Shown here: piece by piece, positions 12,701 to 24,126 of the stretch
Numbering within the stretch: the first letter of the stretch is position 1
How the letters are laid out: the number at the start of each line of letters is the position of its first letter
Source of the DNA: Monocercomonoides exilis PA203
Lineage: Eukaryota; Protista; Preaxostyla
NCBI GenBank assembly: GCA_001643675.2
Contig: LSRY02000006.1
Span: 1,488,001 to 1,552,000 of the forward strand
DNA: 64,000 bases
Reading direction: 5' to 3'
Notes under the pieces: model-generated
The model's database searches: none
Told to the model about the DNA's origin: nothing
The model's input: the letters and a program-made list of their open reading frames with translations, nothing else
Translations under genes and position numbers: made by a program

Positions 12701-15700
12701 AGATGTGATGGCTGCAGTTGTTGCGCTGACAGAGAATGTGGAAGGACAAATACCACAAGTGACACAGATTGACAGCACAAACAAGGAAAAAGAAGAAGGA
12801 AAAGAAGAAAGAAAAGAGGTAACAATTCAACCAGTTGATTCAGAAGAATCAGAAAGATTGACAGGAAGTTCTTCATCAGCACAAGTGAATAATAATAATA
12901 ATAATAATTATAACAATGAGATGAAATGGGCAGTCAAAGAGAAAGAGCTGAAGAGAGAGATCAACATGTTGTGTGATGCACTGAGCTTGGCACTGAAGAG
13001 AGGCTTTTATGAGACAAAGATGCTTTCTGAAGAGGAGAAGAAGGAGAAGAAGAGAAGAAGACAGGCAAAACAGATGAAGCAGAAGAGAATGGAAGAGAAA
13101 GGAGGAGGAGAAGGAGAAGAAATGAAAGAAGAACAAAACGCAACAAAAGAAAGAAGAGAAGAGAAGAAGGACGGAAACAACAAAGGAAGTGTGTATGCTG
13201 AAAAGTACTTGAAGTTCTCTTCATTCAGAGGATGGCTGCCAACAACACTTGTTGGGAAGAGGTCGAAGAAGATGCAGAGAAGCAAAGAAAGAAGAGACAG
13301 ACAGGAAAAAAGGGCACAAAGAATGAACGAGAGGATGATAGCGAATGGAGAAGGAGATAATGAAGATAACAGCAATTACAATGAAGAAGATGCTAAAGAC
13401 ATCAAAGAGGCACAGCTGCTGGGAGAAGAAGAGGAAATGATGGACGAAGCGAAAGTTGACAGAAGCAGCAGATTCGACTTGATCATCACCCTTTTGGAGT
13501 TCCTGGCGAATTTCGTGGTGTCCAGCAAAGAGAAAAGATTTGGCACACAAACAGCTTCAAAGTCAGCACAGTCTGATTTGTCTGCATCAGCCTCTGCCTC
13601 TGCTGCAGCAACAGCACCATCAAATTCACTTGTTCCGTCTTCTTCTCCTGTCAGCTCATCAACCATTGAAGTGTTCCAACAGATGTTTGATACGATTGCC
13701 TCATCAAATACTTCATCCTCATCATCATCTTCTTCTTCCTCTCATCCCACACTGGATGAACTAGATGCACTCCAGCACATTGTGGCTGTGCTAACAAAGG
13801 CTGTCTGGCGTGTGTTTGCTGAGACTGAGCTGTTTGCCAACCGAATTGCACGTGCAAGAAGATGCATTCTGAGGCAGCATGCAGCGCTGGAGTCAGTCCA
13901 GACACAGCTGCAGATGAACAGAACAGCTCTGCAGACAGCTAATCACCGTCTGTTGATGCTGGTTGAGTCAGCTGGGAGGGATAAAAGAATGACGATTGAG
14001 AAGGAAGCAAAGTGGGAAGCCAAACTGAAGCTGGAAGAAGAACAAAGAGAACAAGCAGAGAATGAAGCACAGGAACTGTCCAATCAGCTGAGACAGACAC
14101 GCACAGCGCTAGTGGCTGCAGAAGCAGACATTGCAACATTACAAGCGATGACTTCACCACAAACAACGAAGGGGAATGCAGATGAAGAAGATAGAAGTGT
14201 GTTGGCCGCATCAATGACAGCATCACCTTTGAGGCCAAAGTTTGGTCAAAGTGCTTCTGTTCTGTCATCAACTGTGCCATCTTCACCAATCTCAGCAGCG
14301 CCTTCTTCTCTTGGCTCAACCTCCTCTTCCATTCAGTCTTCTCTTCCGTTCTCCTCCTCTTCGTTCCACTCCCAGACATTCCCTTATCTTTCCTCCTCTC
14401 TCCGCCGCTTGAACGAGGCGTGCACTTGCTTGTCTGCGAGAGACACGCTATGGCTGAAGCTGTCGGATCTGCGGCTGGATCAGCTGTACATTGCACTGAA
14501 GAAGGACGACGCAAAAGACCAGGAAACACAGAGAAGTCTGATGATGCAGGCAGAAGAGACGGAGAAAGGCATAAGAGAGTGTGTGGGGAGGATAAGGGCG
14601 TGGGGGGAGAGACTGAAGCAGATTGAGAGAGGGCAGGCTGTGGAAGAGAAGGAAGACGAGAAAAGAGGAAGAGCATTTGCAAAGGATTTGAAGGTAAACA
14701 AAGCAAAAGGTGCTGCAAAAGGCAAACTTGAGGGAAGAAAAGGAAAAGAAGCAGAGAAAGAGAAGGAGAAGGAGAAAGAGAAAGAGGAACAAGAAGGAGA
14801 TGTGATGACGTTGGATCCAGCAGCTGTTCCGATGGAAGTTGTGCTTCAGCATCTGTACAACACTCGCATAGACACAACACAACAGAGGAAGAAGAAGGGG
14901 AAAGAGGAAGAAAATGTCGAAAGCGATGAGACAAAACAAAATGATTTAACAGACACAAGAGAAAAAACAATCAAAGAAGACAATGACGATGACGAAGAAG
15001 AAGATGTTCCTGTTTATCTGCCTCCAAGTGGCGGAAGCGACAAGAAGGCGTTTGGCTTTGCGTTGCGACTGGCGAGTGATGCAACAGTAGAGCTAAGACG
15101 CATGTTGGAGTCAGTCATCAGTGGAATGGACGAATTAAATGGCAAAGTGGCAGAGGCAGAGAATTCAGCAGCGGATGCGAAGAGGAAAGCGGAGGGCATG
15201 CAGAGGGAAAAGGAGGCGAAAGAGGAGCTGTTGAAAGAGGTGGCGCAGAAGATGAAGGACGAAGTGGATGCGAGAGAAAAAGCAGTGGAGCAGGCGTATC
15301 AGGAAGTGAATGCGCTGAAAAAGGAGGTTGAGAAGAGAGATGTGGAAGATGCATTGACGATGAAGGTGAGAAGGAGACGCAAAGATAAAACAGGTGAGGG
15401 AAAAGGAATGAGGAAGCAGTTGCTGAAGGAAGAAGGCATCATTGGCGATGAAACAGAAGAAGGAACAGAAGAAGATAGCAGCGAAGAGGAAAAAGATGAA
15501 GATGAAATAGAGAAGATGGAGACAGTTGCTGTGATGCTGATGCCGCTCAAACAAGAATCAGTACAGATTGATTCAATGAAACAAAGCGAGGAAATAAAAG
15601 AAGATGAAGCAGAAAATCAGGAGATTGTGGAAGCTTCGTTGAATAACTTGACTGAAAAGGAAAACGTTGAGGAAGTGCTTCCAACGCCCAAAGAGGAAAC

Positions 15701-15803
15701 TGAAGAAATTGTTCAACAGACAGATATTGTTGGAGAAGTTGAAGATGATGCAAATAACCAGCCAGAGGAAATGAAAGAAGAGGAACAAACAGAAAATTTA
15801 TAA
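9732..15803 (+). CDS. Large coiled-coil / low-complexity protein with an N-terminal calponin-homology-like domain, spliced
   Basis: Short 5' exons give MAPLFGRKELFEW..KDGDFK..GTAFLQLFQNVFP..QRNWKEINYIC (EB1/Hook-type CH pattern); large exons 10478-11797 and ~11946-15803 are joined by a GT..AG AT-rich intron. Confidence 0.6.
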
Positions 15804-16050
15804 AAGGCTAAATTTTTAATAACAATTAACAAATACATTTAATCCAAACATTTTTAAGGAAAAAGATGGTTTGATTTTGCATAAGCATGAATAATATAGA
15901 TGTGTTTGATTTATTAATGTTTTTAGTTATAATAACACGATTTTTATATCTCTATCCATGACACCTTTTAATTTTTTGATAGTTTTTATTATTTCAAAAT
16001 ATATTCATAAACATATGATAGTTTTTTTTCTAAAAATTTAAACCCTTAAA

Positions 16051-17177
16051 ATGGAAATAGACTCAAAAGAAAGTGTTCATGCGGCTTTAAGGCCAATATA
16101 TTGCGAAATAGGATGGAATGAACATGCTCAAGGTTCATCTGTTTTTACAATTGGCGAAACAAAAATCTTGTGTTCTGTGTATGCAATATGAAAATTATAA
16201 ATTGCATTTTTCACTGATTTCTCCTTGTGAAATGATATAAATTTAGTTTTGGTCCAAAAGAAAAATCAAGGACAACAAAGGCACAAGATTCTGAATTAGC
16301 ATGCACTGTGTCTCGTCTCCATTACTCCGACGTCTTGCAACAAGTTTAATCCAAAATTTTGGGCGCTTTCAAGGAAATTCATTTTTGTTTTTTTTGTTTT
16401 TCATAGGAAGATATAGAATTATCATTTCCTGATCCAGAAAAAAGCGAAGCAATGCATACTATGTCAACTAAGGAAAGGATAAAGCAAAGTACACGTTCAC
16501 AGACATATAGAAGGAATCAATTTTCCACAGTGTTACAAAACGATTCAAAAATAAATACAATAGACACAAAAATATCTGACCAAGTTATTACTGCAGTAAG
16601 AAGTGCAATTAGAGGGGAGATATATCAGAAATCCAGTATTGAGATTGCAATTGTTGTCTTATCTGATGACGGAGGCGTTTATGCTGCATGTGTGAATGCT
16701 GCATGTCTTGCACTAACAGATGCAGGAGTTGAATTGCATTCACTTATTTGTGCCTGCAATGTTGCAATCTGCTCTGATTCTTTATCAGAAGCTTCAAAAG
16801 GAATTGAATATTATGTTGATCCTTCACTGGAAGTAATGAAAGATGCATCTGGATCAGTGTCAATTAGTTCCTTGTGGGATGTTAACGAGTTTCTTGAAAA
16901 AGAGAAAAAAGAAAAGGAAGAACCTTCAAAAGAAGTTATTGTTGACATCAGAAAACCCACCATCACATCACTTCACACAGATGGAGTCCTCAAATCAGAT
17001 GAAATCGATCAAGTTTGATTGAAACGTTGTGTTTTTTGTAACAAATATTTCTATATTATGTTTAATATTTATTTTTGAAAATTTATTTGACAGGCGATAG
17101 TTCTGTGTTTGAGTGGATGCCAAAGCATAGGAAAAGTGATGAGAGATGTCATACTCACTTCGCATATCACCGAATAG
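16051..17177 (+). CDS. Exosome core RNase PH-family subunit (MTR3/RRP41/RRP46-like), spliced
   Basis: LRPIYCEIG..AQGSS..IGETKILCSV/FGPK; SSIEIAIVVLSDDGGVYAACVNAACLALTDAGVE; the paralog cannot be resolved by eye. Confidence 0.85.
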
Positions 17178-17360
17178 ACTAATTCAATTTCAATTCATTT
17201 TTTATTTCATAAAGCTTAATTTTTTTTTGAAAAAAATAAGTATTTTTGATTGATTCATAAAAGTTTTCATAAAAACCTTCAGAAAAATGAAAAGGAAAAG
17301 AAATAAAAAACAAGAAATGATTAAAGAATTCAAAAAAAAAAAACAATCAAATTTTTAAAA

Positions 17361-18959
17361 TCAATTATCTTCCTCATCATCATTTTCCTCTTCTTCTTCT
17401 CTTCCCTCATCTTCCTCCTCTCCTTCGCCTTCACCTTCTTGTTCCTCCTCTTCTTCTAATTGTCTCAGCCTCTCTTCTTCTCTTCGTGTGCGTTCAAGTA
17501 TCCTCTCTTGCTTCTCTCTTTCCTTTTGTTCCAATTCTTCCGCAATTCTCTTCTCTCTTTCTTCTCGTTTCATCACCAGCCTTTCTCTTTCCTCCTCTTT
17601 CTCCATCATCGCCTGCTCAACCACTTTCTTCTGTTGCTCTTCTGCCGTCTGCTCTTCTTCGCTTCCAATGCTCCTTCCTTCTGCAATTGCATAGCAAAGT
17701 GCTGTGTGTCTCTCTGCTCCTCGCCTAAGCGATGCCTCAAGAATCGACGAGACAAGCCGGCGAGCTGTCTGTCTTTGCTGCCGCTTCCGCTCAGTCTCAC
17801 CCAACAACCATGGGATAAATGTGCTTGTAAGCTGCTGCATACGGGCATCTGCAAAGAAGCCGGCTGATTGCAGCGAGCCATTCACAGCAGAAGGAAGCGA
17901 TTTCAGCAGGTCGTGTGCAAAAGCCACAGCCATAACTTTGGATCCCACAACGCGCTCTTTCTCTTTCCTCTCTCGTTCTTGTGCCAAACGTCTTTCCTTC
18001 TCTTCCCATCTGCGGGCTTCTCTCTCCTCCTCCTCTCTGACAATACGTTCTTCTTCTTCTCTGCGCTCTCTCATTTCTTCGCGTGCCATTCTCATTCCTC
18101 TAATTTCCTCTTCTTCCATAACTTCAAGAAGTGATTGCTCCAAAGTCTTCCCAATCAAAACTTCCAAAAGCGGCTCACTTAAACAGAATTGTTTTATATG
18201 TCAAAGGAGAATTGTAATGATAAATATTGATTTAAGTTTAATGAAAATTCTCATCTTGCAAACCATTCAAAATCAAAATCAAAGAAATCATCATCAATCT
18301 GAGTTCCTGCATCAACCCCGGTTTTAATGGGATTAAAGACAGGAACAGTTGACTGATCAAGAAAATAATCTGTTTGAGTTTGAACATCAAACTCAGGCAC
18401 TTTATCTGAAAGTTCTTCAAGATATTGTTCAGTTTGAACATCTGAAAATATTTGAATAAAAATTATTATTTTTTCATGGTCTTAAGAAGGATCGTCAAAC
18501 CTATATGAACACGTCCAGGAATCACAGCAGCTTCAGAATCAATTTGTTGAAAAATATCTTCCTCTCTTTTTTGAATACGACGGGTTCGCTTCATTGTTGC
18601 TTTTTTCAAACGCTGAGCTTCTTCTTCTGCATTCTAAAATATTTAAATGAGAAGTTCGACAAAAAACGAAGGATTGCCAAGCATAAAAATAACAAATTTT
18701 GTAATCGAAATGCATTTTATGAAAATTTAACAAACAATTGGACCAATGTGTGGTGCATATGTATTTCCTCTTTTTATACGTCTATCGAACATCATATTAC
18801 CATACCCCCGTTGTCCTTCGCTACAGAAAAATAAAACAAATATATAAATGATTCTGTTTTAGTAAGCGTGTTTACAAACTTTTGTCCAGGAGTACGATAT
18901 TTAACTTGAGTTTGCACAGCTTGAGGTGCACTTGAATAAGAATATTGTGTGTTCAGCAT
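17361..18959 (-). CDS. RSPH3: Radial spoke protein 3, spliced
   Basis: NMMFDRRIKRGNTYA, TQTDYFLD..VFNPIKTGVDAGTQI..FDFDFE, EPLLEVLIGKTLEQSLLEVMEEEE and TFIPWL are RSP3 hallmarks. Confidence 0.9.
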
Positions 18960-19536
18960 AGCTAAACAAGCAAGCAGTTGAAAACTGATCGTACCCTCAT
19001 TTTATAATAATTTGTAAGTTCAGAAAGAAAAACAACGTTATACTAAGATGTGAATATGTAATAATCAGGTATATGTTTGGATAATATAAACAAATCAATA
19101 TATGATTATTTGAATTATGAAATTCGCTAAAGAATAACTTTTTGATTTGTTACAAGTTTTCTGATTCTCCACTTTTTTTTTAAGAAAAACAAATGTTTTT
19201 ATGAGATTGGAACAAAAAATGAAAATGTTCAATATTAGATATATTTATGTTTGAAAAAATGACAGGATTCAAATAAAATGCAATAAAGAAAGAATTTTCT
19301 ATGAGATTAATGAGATAATATTAAAATCTTTCTTCACATAGAAAAGAAATTATAAATAATAACAAATTGAAAACGCAATGGCGTTCAATCAAAAAGCTTT
19401 CATTTTTCATCTAAATAGCTTTTCTTTCAACATAATTCTCAAGTTTCTTTGTCGAAATTTTTTTGAATTGATCACATTATCTTATTATTATATTTTTTTA
19501 TTTTCTATCCAAATTTTTTAAATTCTATTTTTACCT

Positions 19537-21564
19537 ATGGTTAGCATATCAATTGAAAATATTGATCCCAGATATTTAGAGCAACCATCGCAGCGCGAAA
19601 GTGATGAAATAAAGCTTCGAAAGGAGCAAGAAGATAAGTTTAAAACGGATCATCCATTTCATCCGACTATTCAAAAATACACAAGAATTAGTCAAAACAA
19701 TAGATATAGTCCTGCTAGAAACAGAAGTGTATTTGACAGATTAACGCAAGAAGATGAACAAAAAAAATTATTACGACAACAACTTCAAATTGAAAAAGAA
19801 CAACAACATCAAAAGGAATGCCCGTTCACACCGCAATTGCATACACAGCCAAGAAGGAGGCCTCAATCGCCTCTTCGTGTAACGGATCGATTAATTGCAG
19901 ATGCGAAAGCAAGACAAGAAAAGCTGGCTGTATCATCAATCGTATCTGCTCAACTTGAAACAGAGAATTGTACGTTTCATCCACAAACAATATCTTCAAG
20001 TTTAAAACTACCAGGCTATGTTCCAATTGAACATAGGACACCATCAATTCTAAAACAGCAAAGATCTGCAATTGAGCAGAAACATTTCGAAAGCGAAAAT
20101 GAATTTTCTTTTAAACCTCATATTTCCAGCGAAAGCAGGCGCTTATCAGCTCAAAATGATAGAAGCATAATACCAGTTGGCGAGCGGTTGTATCAAGATG
20201 CTTTTGCTCTCATGGAGCATACTCAGAAGCTGGAGAAAGAAAAAGAAGAAAAAGAAATTGAGGGAATAACATTTAAGCCTCATGTTGATGGAATTTCAAA
20301 AGCAATTGTGGAAGATGGAAAATTTTTTGAAAGGCAAAACGAAGCTCTTAAAAAGAAAAAAGAGCTCGAAATGCTTGCAGAATCAGGAGCGTTTTTGGAC
20401 GAGGAATGTACATTTCATCCACTTCATTCATTTCGTCGGCCAAGAACTGCCGGAAATCCAAAATGCTTATCCACCACAGCATCATTTTCACATCACTTAT
20501 CACCTTCCTCTTCAACTTCGTCACTTTCATTTCCAGCCTCGCAACCAAGAAATAAATCGAATCTTTTAACAGGAACAAGAGGCTCATTCTCATCAAGAGA
20601 TTTATCTTCTGCTCGAACTAGTTTATCTTCTTCAACTTCTTCCACTGACTCAGAAAGTTTTTCAGAACGCGTTTCCAAGCAAGCATTTCGATTATCTGTA
20701 CTGGCAGCCAAAGAACGAGAAGATAAGATTTTATCGCTGAAGCAACAAGAAGAGAGCGCCTTTTCTTTTCAACCGAAGATTGATCGAATATCTGCTCTTC
20801 TTGCCCGTTCAAAGACCGTTGACGAATTGAGTTCTGCCAAAGAAGTTGAAAAAGCCAAAAAAGAGGCAGAAATTAAAGTGAAAAGAGAAGAAGCGCAAAA
20901 ATGCACTTTCCGTCCAAAATTAAACTCGAAGGTGAATTCCATTGTCGAACAGAACTCGTTTAACGCAACCACAAAAGAAAACACTTTTATGGATGAAGAT
21001 AATTCCAGCCAGATATCAAAGAAAATAGAGCGATATTCCTTATCTGTGAGAAATCCCTCAGCAATGATGGAAAAGATTGCAAAGCAGCGCGAAGAGCAGG
21101 CCTTGAAGATGGCAGAAGAAAGGAAAAAGAGAGAGTACGAAGTCTTGAAGGAATGCACATTTCAGCCAACTCTTGTTACAAAGGAGAGGAGCAGCTCGAA
21201 TTGCAGGTCAAGAGGCCGAAGTTTGGTGAATTCGGACACAAATCACGAGTTGCGTCGTTCTCGTTCTGTTTCTTCGCTAAATTCCACACAAGCAACAAGT
21301 ACAAGCATGAGAGATGGAAGAATCACACATCCTCCAACCCCAGTTGTGAGAGGAATGGGACGATATTTGGAGTTAAAAGAGATGGCACAAAAGAAAAAAG
21401 AGGAAGAAATAAATAGAATGAAAAAAGTTTTTAAGTTGAACGGATGCCGTGGAATGACAATATCTGATGGAAAAGGAACGTTGGGAGAAATAGAAACAGC
21501 TCTGGAACTGGAACAAGAAAAAAAGAGAAATCAAATCGAAGAATCAAGAGAAAAAGGCGCATAA
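19537..21564 (+). CDS. Uncharacterised protein with repeated (E/K)C(T/S)F(K/Q/H)P motifs, probably cytoskeletal
   Basis: 675-aa single ORF with about 9 TFxP-type motifs and DRL/ERLY helices. Confidence 0.7.
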   Translation: MVSISIENIDPRYLEQPSQRESDEIKLRKEQEDKFKTDHPFHPTIQKYTRISQNNRYSPARNRSVFDRLTQEDEQKKLLRQQLQIEKEQQHQKECPFTPQLHTQPRRRPQSPLRVTDRLIADAKARQEKLAVSSIVSAQLETENCTFHPQTISSSLKLPGYVPIEHRTPSILKQQRSAIEQKHFESENEFSFKPHISSESRRLSAQNDRSIIPVGERLYQDAFALMEHTQKLEKEKEEKEIEGITFKPHVDGISKAIVEDGKFFERQNEALKKKKELEMLAESGAFLDEECTFHPLHSFRRPRTAGNPKCLSTTASFSHHLSPSSSTSSLSFPASQPRNKSNLLTGTRGSFSSRDLSSARTSLSSSTSSTDSESFSERVSKQAFRLSVLAAKEREDKILSLKQQEESAFSFQPKIDRISALLARSKTVDELSSAKEVEKAKKEAEIKVKREEAQKCTFRPKLNSKVNSIVEQNSFNATTKENTFMDEDNSSQISKKIERYSLSVRNPSAMMEKIAKQREEQALKMAEERKKREYEVLKECTFQPTLVTKERSSSNCRSRGRSLVNSDTNHELRRSRSVSSLNSTQATSTSMRDGRITHPPTPVVRGMGRYLELKEMAQKKKEEEINRMKKVFKLNGCRGMTISDGKGTLGEIETALELEQEKKRNQIEESREKGA

Positions 21565-21885
21565 AAGATAATACTTTTTTTTTTTATTTTTCATAATATT
21601 GATTTTTTTGCTTTGCTTTGTTTAGGTAAAAAAAGATAAAATAAAACAAGATGGGCTTTTCATAAAGAAAAATTAAAAGAGCATTGGAAATTTTTGTGTG
21701 TTGTTTAATAAAATAAATATTCATTCATTAAATGAAAATGAAAATAACATTCAAACTTAAAAAGACAAAATTTAACTTAAATTATATTTCTATGTGTGGC
21801 AAAAACGATACGATCAATCTGTAAACGATTCCGACTGATTGTTATGATTTCCGTGTGAAGATGCCATAACATATTTTTGTGGAAA

Positions 21886-23596
21886 ATGGGGGATCATGGA
21901 ACTATTTATAAAGTGTGAATTTAAAAATTTTTCAGGTTTAACAAAGTGATTTCAATTTAACAACATAATTTAAATAAACTGAAAAGGGAGTAAGCTTGGA
22001 TCAGGATACACGATTTCAAGACAAGCAACAAACATTATTATCAAAGATTCAGCTCTCACCAATTCTCAAACAGAAAGTACATTGTTAACATTTTATTTTA
22101 ACTAAACTTTTGCTTTTGTTTATGAAATCTGTTGATATATATTTAGGTAGTAACAAAAAAAATCAATTTTGATGTTCTTGGCAACTGGATTCAAAAGAAA
22201 ATTGAAAACATTCTTGGAGTTGAAGATGAAGTTACAGGAAATTTTGTTTTACAACTTTTGCAAGACAAGGAGGTTGATTTTCCATTCTTCTGAGCTTTTA
22301 CTAATTTGATTAAATTTGAATTTTTATAGAATCCAGATCCTAAGGAAATGATACTATTTTTAATACCAGTCCTTGAACGTGATGCGACCTTTAAATTTAT
22401 GGAAGAACTTTGGAGGTTTTGGATTTTCCATTTATTTTGAGGATAGTTTTCTCTTATTCACGTTTTTTTTTGCTTCCAGGTTGTTGATAAGTGCAAGTGA
22501 CACTCTTGATGGTATTCCTCCTGAACTGGTTGAAGAAAAGGCAGAAATGGAAAGAAAAATTGAATTAGAAAATCGGAAAAGACGTATTTTATCCCAGCCA
22601 CAATCTCGAACAGATCCACGATATAATTCACGTCAGGGATTATCTCGTCCATATTATCCTCCTAATTCTGCTCATCAAAATCGGCAGTCATCAAATTTCA
22701 CATCATCTTCTTTGATGCCTCCCTCATTGTATGCAAGCGGCCCTGTGAAGGCAGATGTTGGTCAGGCATCGTTTAATTTCAAAGAGTTTGGAATGGCAGC
22801 TGAATCAAAAATCAGAGGAGATTATCGAAGCTCAAAACACGGAAGCAGGTGGGGCACTGACCGTTCTTCCCATTCATCGCGTTTTGATCAAAGAGGCGAC
22901 ATGGGGAAAAGCGAGCTTTCAAAATCCAGCGACGAGCCTGCCAAAGATGAAACAACAAGCGAGGAGACTTCATCTGAATCTGACAGCAGATCCAAAGCAC
23001 ACAAAGAAAGTCGCTCCAAGATGCGGAGGAGGCGACACAGAAGAAGCAGTGAGGGTTCGCTCAGCAGCGACAGCAACAGCAGTAGCAGTAGCAGCAGAGG
23101 CCGTAGTCGCAGCCGCCATCGTAGGCACGGGCGTAGACATCATCATCGCGCACATCACTCCAGAACTGATACTGAAAGCGAAGGAAGTTCTTCTTCATCG
23201 GAAAGTAGTGGATCAGTGGGCAGTGGAGATGAATCAGAAAGTAAAAGGCACAAGGATAAAAGAGGAAAGGATAGAAAGAGAAGAGACAAGAGAAGCAAAA
23301 CTGAAAAGTCTAAAAAAGACAAAACAAAGCACGAAGAGTCGTCATCAGATGATTCAGAAAAGCCACTGAAAATGAGCGAAAAGGAAAAAAAGAAAAGATT
23401 GAAAGAGGAGTTGGAAGATGAAGAAGGAGCAGACGATTCGCAATCTTCGTATTCTTCCTTAAGCCACTCACATACGTCGCAGGGGCAGCCAACTTTATCG
23501 CATAGAAAAGAAACAGAGCATCCAGCTGATTCACTTCACTCTTCTCTGACACAAGATTTTTCTGTGAAAGAGGAAAAGATTGAATTGGATGTTTAA
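21886..23596 (+). CDS. SRRM1: PWI-domain RS-rich splicing factor (SRRM1/SRm160-like), spliced
   Basis: Exons give YK/GVSLDQDTRF, NFDVLGNWIQKKIENILGVEDEV, PDPKEM..FMEELWR/LLISA..DGIPPEL, followed by an R/S/K-rich tail. Confidence 0.85.
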
Positions 23597-24126
23597 ATGA
23601 ACATTCCATTTTCTGACAATCATATGCAATCACTTCGCATTTCAGTCGATTTATAATTTCATTGTGTTTCAATAATATCAAAAATGCATGCTTAATTTTT
23701 TGGAGTTTGGCACATGGTTGATAAAGATAATTGAATTTGGAAATTTTTTCATTATTAAATGCAAAATGAATAATTCTACAACTTTTTGGAAAAGAAAAGA
23801 AACGAAAAACAATAAAATATCGAATTGAACATCCTCAAAAACAAAAGGCTACTCGTCAAAAAATAAAGAAAAAAAATCACTATTTAATATAGCTTTCAGG
23901 GTGTTTCAAAAAATCTTTCTAACACTTAAAAAATGAAAAGTACGAAATAATTTTTTATTTTTCCATGAATTCCTTGTGGACAAATGATTTCGATGCTTTT
24001 GCTCAAGTGTCATGCATTCCAATCATTCAAAACGGTAAATGAAATATTTGAATTACATTTAAAAGGATAGCTTCAAGAAAATATATCTTCATGTTTAATC
24101 CGAAAACAGTAGAAATTCGATAACTC

